DNA of 64,000 bases from Chitinophagales bacterium. Lineage in GTDB: Bacteria; Bacteroidota; Bacteroidia; Chitinophagales; LD1. The stretch spans positions 4,891 to 68,890 of the forward strand of contig JAXLUJ010000017.1 of assembly GCA_046329575.1 (NCBI GenBank), read 5' to 3'. The first letter of the stretch is position 1. Each line of letters starts with the position of its first letter. Shown piece after piece: positions 58,949 through 64,000 of this stretch. A program made the position numbers and the translations under genes. Below the pieces are notes generated by a model. The model did no database searches, was not told the DNA's origin, and saw nothing but the letters and a program-made list of their open reading frames with translations.

Positions 58949-61900
58949 ATGGCGAAAAGACCAACGCAACAGCGTGTTGATTTCTCAAAAATCACTATCA
59001 CCCTGGCTGCTCCCGACACCATCCTCGGCCGTTCTCATGGCGAGATCAAAAAACCGGAAACTATTAACTACCGCACGTACAAGCCCGAAATGGAAGGCCT
59101 GTTTTGCGAACGCGTTTTCGGCCCAACAAAAGATTTTGAATGCTACTGCGGAAAGTACAAGCGCATTCGTTACAAAGGCATTGTGTGCGACCGCTGCGGT
59201 GTGGAAGTAACTGAAAAGAAAGTGCGCCGCGAACGCATGGGCCACATCAAGCTAACGGTGCCTATCGTTCACATCTGGTACTTCAAATCGCTGCCTAACA
59301 AAATTGGGTACCTGCTCGGTTCTTCCTCTAAAAAACTGGAATCGATCATCTACTACGAACGTTATGTAGTGGTGCAACCGGGTAAGGCTGCCAATGGCGT
59401 TACGGTAATGACCGAAAAAGGCGAGGAGGTGAAAAATCTGGCTTACCTCGACCTGATGACCGAAGAAGAATACCTTTCGGTATTCGATAACGAAGAATTT
59501 AAAAATAACCACCTTTTGGCCGATGAAGACCCTAATAAGTTCATCGCCAAAATGGGTGCCGAAGCGGTGAAAGATCTGTTGTCGCGCATTAATCTCGACG
59601 ACCTTTCTTTCCAACTGCGCCACTCTGCTGCCAACGAAACTTCACGCCAGCGCAAAGCCGAAGCGCTGAAGCGTTTGAGCGTTGTGGAAGCCTTCCGCGA
59701 AGCCAACGAGCATCACGAAAACCGTCCGGAATGGATGGTAGTGCAACACCTGCCTGTAATTCCGCCGGAATTGCGTCCGCTGGTGCCATTGGATGGCGGT
59801 CGTTTTGCGTCTTCTGACTTGAACGATCTGTATCGCCGCGTAGTTATCCGTAACAATCGTTTGAAGCGCCTGCTGGAAATCAAAGCGCCTGAAGTAATTC
59901 TGCGCAACGAAAAGCGCATGCTTCAGGAAGCCGTTGACTCGTTGTTCGATAACTCGCGCAAATCGAATGCGGTGAAAGCAGAAGGCGGTCGCGCGCTTAA
60001 ATCGCTTAGCGATGTACTGAAAGGAAAGCAAGGTCGTTTCCGTCAGAACTTGTTAGGTAAGCGTGTTGACTACTCCGGTCGTTCGGTTATCGTGGTAGGT
60101 CCTGATTTAAAATTGCATGAGTGCGGTTTGCCAAAAGATATGGCTGCCGAACTGTTCAAACCATTTATTATCCGCAAACTCATTGAAAGAGGTATTGTAA
60201 AAACGGTGAAGAGCGCGAAGAAATTGGTTGATAAAAAAGAAGCCGTGATCTGGGATATCCTGGAAAACATTCTGAAAGGTCACCCGGTATTGCTGAACCG
60301 TGCGCCAACATTGCACCGCTTGTCGATCCAGGCGTTCCTTCCAAAATTGATTGAAGGAAAAGCGATTCAGTTACACCCGTTGGTTTGTACGGCCTTCAAC
60401 GCCGACTTTGACGGTGACCAAATGGCCGTTCACGTGCCACTAAGCAACCCGGCCATTCTGGAAGCCCAATTGCTGATGCTGGCTTCTCACAATATCCTGA
60501 ACCCGCAAAACGGTACGCCGGTAACCCTGCCTTCGCAGGACATGGTGCTTGGTTTGTACTACATGACCAAAGAAAAACGCAGCACGCCAGAACATAAAAT
60601 GAAGGGCGAAGGCCGCACCTTCTACGGTCATGAAGAGGCCATCATCGCCTTAAATGAAGGTAAAGTAGAGCTGCACTCGGTGGTAAAATGCCGCGTGCGT
60701 GTGAAGAACGAAAATGGCGAATTGGTAAATAAAGTGATCGAAACTACTGTAGGTCGTATCATTTTGAACCAATTCATTCCTGAACAAGTGGGTTATGTGA
60801 ACAAACTTCTGGGTAAAAAACAATTGAAGGATGTAATTGGTCAGATTCTTGCTGAAACTAACATTCCTACTACTGCCAAATTCCTGGATGATATTAAAAA
60901 GTTAGGTTTTACCTATTCCTTCAAAGGTGGATTGTCGTTCAATTTGAAAGATGTGGTTACTCCGGCCAATAAAGAAAAACTGGTTGCGGAAGCACAAGGT
61001 AAGATCGACGAAATTCAGGAAAGCTATCAAATGGGCTTTATCACCGATAAAGAACGTTTTAATCAGGTGGTAGATATCTGGACTGCAACCGATAACCGCA
61101 TCACCAATACGCTGATGAAGCAAATTGCGGAAGACCGTCAGGGCTTCAACTCTATTTTCATGATGTTGGATTCCGGCGCACGTGGATCGAAAGCACAGAT
61201 TAAACAGCTTTCGGGTATGCGGGGTCTGATGGCCAAGCCTCGTAAGAGCGGCTCTCAGGGTAACGAGGTTATCGAGAACCCGGTACTTTCAAACTTTAAA
61301 GAAGGTTTGTCGGTATTGGAATACTTCATCTCTACGCACGGTGCCCGTAAAGGTCTTTCTGATACGGCCCTTAAAACAGCCGATGCGGGTTATCTGACCC
61401 GTCGTTTGGTTGACGTAGCACACGATGTGGTAGTTACAGAAGAAGATTGCGGAACACTTCGCGGTATCGTAGCTACTGCTCTGAAAGACGGCGATGAAGT
61501 GGTTGAACCATTGTACGACCGCATTTTGGGACGCACTTCGCTATTGGAAGTGTACCATCCTGAAACCGACGAATTGATCGTAGAATCAGGACATGAATTT
61601 ACAGAAGCCTCTGCCCGCAAGATACAGGAAGCCGGTTTGGAGCAAGTGGAAATCCGCTCGGTATTGACCTGCGAATCGAAGCGCGGTGTGTGTGTGAAGT
61701 GTTACGGACGTAACCTGGCTACCAACCGCACGGCTGAAGCCGGTGATTCGGTTGGCGTAATTGCTGCACAGTCGATCGGTGAACCGGGAACTCAGCTTAC
61801 ACTGCGTACCTTCCACGTGGGTGGTATCGCCAGCTTGAGCACTACCGAATCGCAATTAGCCGCGAAATTTGATGGCTATGTAATATTCGACGGTGTGCGC

Positions 61901-63295
61901 ACCATTACTTCAACTGATGAAAACGGTGAAAAAGTAAATGTGGTGATTGGCCGTACCGGTGAGGTTCGTATTGTGAAAGAAGATAATCACGATAAAGTAT
62001 TGGTAACCCACCACATCCCTTATGGTTCACAACTATTCATCAAAGATGGCAAGCACATCAAGAAAGGTGAAGTGATTTGTAAATGGGATCCGTTCAACAA
62101 CGTGATTATTTCAGAGGTTACCGGTAAGGCGAAATTCGAGCAAGTGATTGAGAACGTAACTTACCGCGATGAGATGGACGAACAAACCGGACACCGCGAA
62201 AAAGTGATCATCGAAACCAAGGACAAAACCAAAGTTCCTGCGGTATTGATCATGACCGGAAAAGAAGGAAAATCGTTCAGCATGCCGGTAGGCGCGCATA
62301 TTGTGATTGAAGACGGTGACAGCGTGGCTCAGGGCCAAATTATCGCCAAGATTCCAAGAGCAATGGGTAAAGTGAAGGATATCACGGGCGGTCTGCCACG
62401 TGTTACTGAACTTTTTGAAGCGCGTAACCCAAGCAATCCGGCAGTAGTATCTGAAATTGATGGTGTAGTTCGCTTTGGTGGTATCAAACGCGGTAACCGC
62501 GAGATTATCATTGAATCGCGCGAGGGCGATGTTCGCAAATATCTGGTGTCGTTATCGAAACACATTCTGGTTCAGGAGCAAGATTTCGTTCGCGCCGGAA
62601 CGGCACTTTCCGATGGCGCTATCACGCCTTCCGATATCCTCAGCATCAAAGGACCATTTGCTGTTCAGGAATATCTGGTGAACGAAATTCAGGAAGTTTA
62701 CCGCCTGCAAGGCATTAAGATCAACGACAAGCACATCGAAATCATTGTTCGTCAGATGATGAGCAAAATGATTATCGAGGATCCGGGCGATACCCGCTTC
62801 CTGGAAGGCGAATCGGTGAACAAATTCGAATTGCTGGGTGTAAATGATGAGATGTTCGATAAGAAAGTAATTGATCAGGCCGATGATTCTGAAACGCTGA
62901 AAGCGGGTCAGATCGTAAATCTGCGCCGTATCCGCGAAGAGAACTCGCTGTTGCGCCGCGCCGATAAGAAGCTGATTGAATACCGCGATGCGGTACCGGC
63001 CACTGCTACGCCGCAGTTGCAAGGTATTACCCGCGCCAGCTTGTCGACCGAATCATGGATTTCGGCTGCATCGTTCCAGGAAACTACGAAAGTACTTTCT
63101 ACGGCCTCGATTGCTGCGAAACAAGATTTCCTGGAAGGTTTGAAAGAGAACGTAATTGTTGGAAAACGCATTCCTGCAGGAACCGGCCAGCGCCGTTTCG
63201 AAGAGATGTTTGTGGCCAACAAAGAAGAAGTTCAGGAAAAACAGGTTTCAAACAACAAAAAGGAAAAAGAAAGCTCGATAGAATTGATCGGGTAA
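58949..63295 (+). CDS. rpoC: RNA polymerase beta-prime subunit
   Basis: KPETINYRT, Zn finger, NADFDGD catalytic motif, [22 protein letters not shown]. Confidence 0.99.
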   Translation: MAKRPTQQRVDFSKITITLAAPDTILGRSHGEIKKPETINYRTYKPEMEGLFCERVFGPTKDFECYCGKYKRIRYKGIVCDRCGVEVTEKKVRRERMGHIKLTVPIVHIWYFKSLPNKIGYLLGSSSKKLESIIYYERYVVVQPGKAANGVTVMTEKGEEVKNLAYLDLMTEEEYLSVFDNEEFKNNHLLADEDPNKFIAKMGAEAVKDLLSRINLDDLSFQLRHSAANETSRQRKAEALKRLSVVEAFREANEHHENRPEWMVVQHLPVIPPELRPLVPLDGGRFASSDLNDLYRRVVIRNNRLKRLLEIKAPEVILRNEKRMLQEAVDSLFDNSRKSNAVKAEGGRALKSLSDVLKGKQGRFRQNLLGKRVDYSGRSVIVVGPDLKLHECGLPKDMAAELFKPFIIRKLIERGIVKTVKSAKKLVDKKEAVIWDILENILKGHPVLLNRAPTLHRLSIQAFLPKLIEGKAIQLHPLVCTAFNADFDGDQMAVHVPLSNPAILEAQLLMLASHNILNPQNGTPVTLPSQDMVLGLYYMTKEKRSTPEHKMKGEGRTFYGHEEAIIALNEGKVELHSVVKCRVRVKNENGELVNKVIETTVGRIILNQFIPEQVGYVNKLLGKKQLKDVIGQILAETNIPTTAKFLDDIKKLGFTYSFKGGLSFNLKDVVTPANKEKLVAEAQGKIDEIQESYQMGFITDKERFNQVVDIWTATDNRITNTLMKQIAEDRQGFNSIFMMLDSGARGSKAQIKQLSGMRGLMAKPRKSGSQGNEVIENPVLSNFKEGLSVLEYFISTHGARKGLSDTALKTADAGYLTRRLVDVAHDVVVTEEDCGTLRGIVATALKDGDEVVEPLYDRILGRTSLLEVYHPETDELIVESGHEFTEASARKIQEAGLEQVEIRSVLTCESKRGVCVKCYGRNLATNRTAEAGDSVGVIAAQSIGEPGTQLTLRTFHVGGIASLSTTESQLAAKFDGYVIFDGVRTITSTDENGEKVNVVIGRTGEVRIVKEDNHDKVLVTHHIPYGSQLFIKDGKHIKKGEVICKWDPFNNVIISEVTGKAKFEQVIENVTYRDEMDEQTGHREKVIIETKDKTKVPAVLIMTGKEGKSFSMPVGAHIVIEDGDSVAQGQIIAKIPRAMGKVKDITGGLPRVTELFEARNPSNPAVVSEIDGVVRFGGIKRGNREIIIESREGDVRKYLVSLSKHILVQEQDFVRAGTALSDGAITPSDILSIKGPFAVQEYLVNEIQEVYRLQGIKINDKHIEIIVRQMMSKMIIEDPGDTRFLEGESVNKFELLGVNDEMFDKKVIDQADDSETLKAGQIVNLRRIREENSLLRRADKKLIEYRDAVPATATPQLQGITRASLSTESWISAASFQETTKVLSTASIAAKQDFLEGLKENVIVGKRIPAGTGQRRFEEMFVANKEEVQEKQVSNNKKEKESSIELIG

Positions 63296-63314
63296 TTTTT
63301 CAATACCAAAACAG

Positions 63315-63345
63315 AAAGCCGCTTCGTAAGAAGCGGCTTTTTTTT
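63315..63345 (+). terminator. Intrinsic terminator of rpoC
   Basis: AAAGCCGCTTC-GTAA-GAAGCGGCTTT plus T-run. Confidence 0.9.
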
Positions 63346-63373
63346 CGAGTGTTTTGATCAGGTTTAGCATGAT

Positions 63374-63485
63374 GGCGGCAACCGCGTGCTCCGCTATTAC
63401 TCCTCGCGCCGTTTCCCGGCTTTTGATGTAACGCCGGTGGTGAGTAAACGGCGCTGCGGGGTAGCCGCTGCGCCCGCTGCCGCGG
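63374..63485 (-). repeat. Dispersed structured repeat, copy 8 (divergent)
   Basis: Minus strand CCGCGGCAGCGGGCGCAGCGG...CGCAGCGCCG...CGGCGCGAGGAG...CACGCGGTTGCCGCC. Confidence 0.7.
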
Positions 63486-63524
63486 GAAGCCATAACAGCC
63501 GGGCAGTTCACATCGCCCAGAAAA

Positions 63525-63640
63525 GAATTACGAATTTTAATTTTGGCCGCGGCTACAACGAAAAAATTACGAATTACGAAAGAGGATGTCGGCAATTTAA
63601 ATACAAGGGTACTTCTATTTCGTAATTCGTAATTTGAAAT
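63525..63640. repeat. Inverted AATTACG/CGTAATT heptamer blocks
   Basis: AATTACGAATTACGAAA...TTTCGTAATTCGTAATT form a long imperfect hairpin. Confidence 0.75.
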
Positions 63641-63758
63641 GGCGTTGTTGCATGAATAATTCAGACGAGCCAGCGATAGCATTGCCTCAAGAGGTGATGA
63701 AATATTTAAGAAGGCCTGTGTAGGTTGTTCAAAATGTGCAAGGCTCTATATTTTGGCA

Positions 63759-63982
63759 AACCGCGGTAGCGATAGGAGCGGAAAGCCCGCAAGGCCGCAG
63801 CGAAAAAATTACGAATAAAAAATTACGAATTACGAGCAGGATAATGATTCTTGTTTGAGGTTCAACCACCTCTTTCGTAATTCGTAATTTGAAATTCGTA
63901 ATTCGCCCGAAACGACTACACAGCAATGGTTTTAGGCTTTCCGCGGCCTGAGGACTTGCAGCGGATAGCGCGGCATCCGCCA
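63759..63982 (+). repeat. Dispersed structured repeat, copy 9 (intact homolog of the IS110-interrupted copy)
   Basis: AACCGCGGTAGCGATAGGAGCGGAAAGCCCGCAAGGCCGCAGC...AATTACG inverted blocks...CCGCGGCCTGAGGACTTGCAGCGGATAGCGCGG. Confidence 0.92.
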
Positions 63983-64000
63983 TCATGACAATCCTGATTT

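Noticed and set aside
1..64000. Prophage, retron/DGR or integron
   Set aside because: No integrase, reverse transcriptase or phage structural genes in the window

Overview
64 kb of a Bacteroidota (probably Chitinophagales-like) chromosome, judged from a T9SS C-terminal domain, a short SigA-type sigma factor and TAnnTT(T/C)G -7 promoter boxes. It is mostly housekeeping genes: pnp, rpsO, infA-rpmJ-rpsM-rpsK-rpsD-rpoA-rplQ, nuoF, sdaA, metG, ald, tsaE, plsC x2, dprA, cphA, lipB, coaD, lysC, folA, sucB, rmuC and rpoC. Accessory genes include a eukaryote-like sterol delta-7 reductase, a type IIG restriction-modification enzyme, a TMTC-like glycosyltransferase and a putative metal-uptake operon. 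The intergenic DNA is the most interesting part. (1) A dispersed family of about 9 GC-rich structured repeats keeps its hairpin shape while changing sequence. (2) Both IS elements in the window are inserted inside members of that family. (3) The IS110 element (10461-11909) has an upstream non-coding region carrying a 9-nt copy of its target flank and a 10-nt copy of its own end, in the same register relative to a duplicated GATA core. This is the signature of a bridge-RNA-guided recombinase, apparently with non-canonical geometry. An empty target lies at 63771, and circularisation would build a Bacteroidota promoter. There are also several 7- and 9-mer tandem arrays right after stop codons, a candidate stand-alone sRNA, and several normally conserved operons that are broken up. 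No rRNA, tRNA or CRISPR array was seen. All calls are by eye, without database searches.
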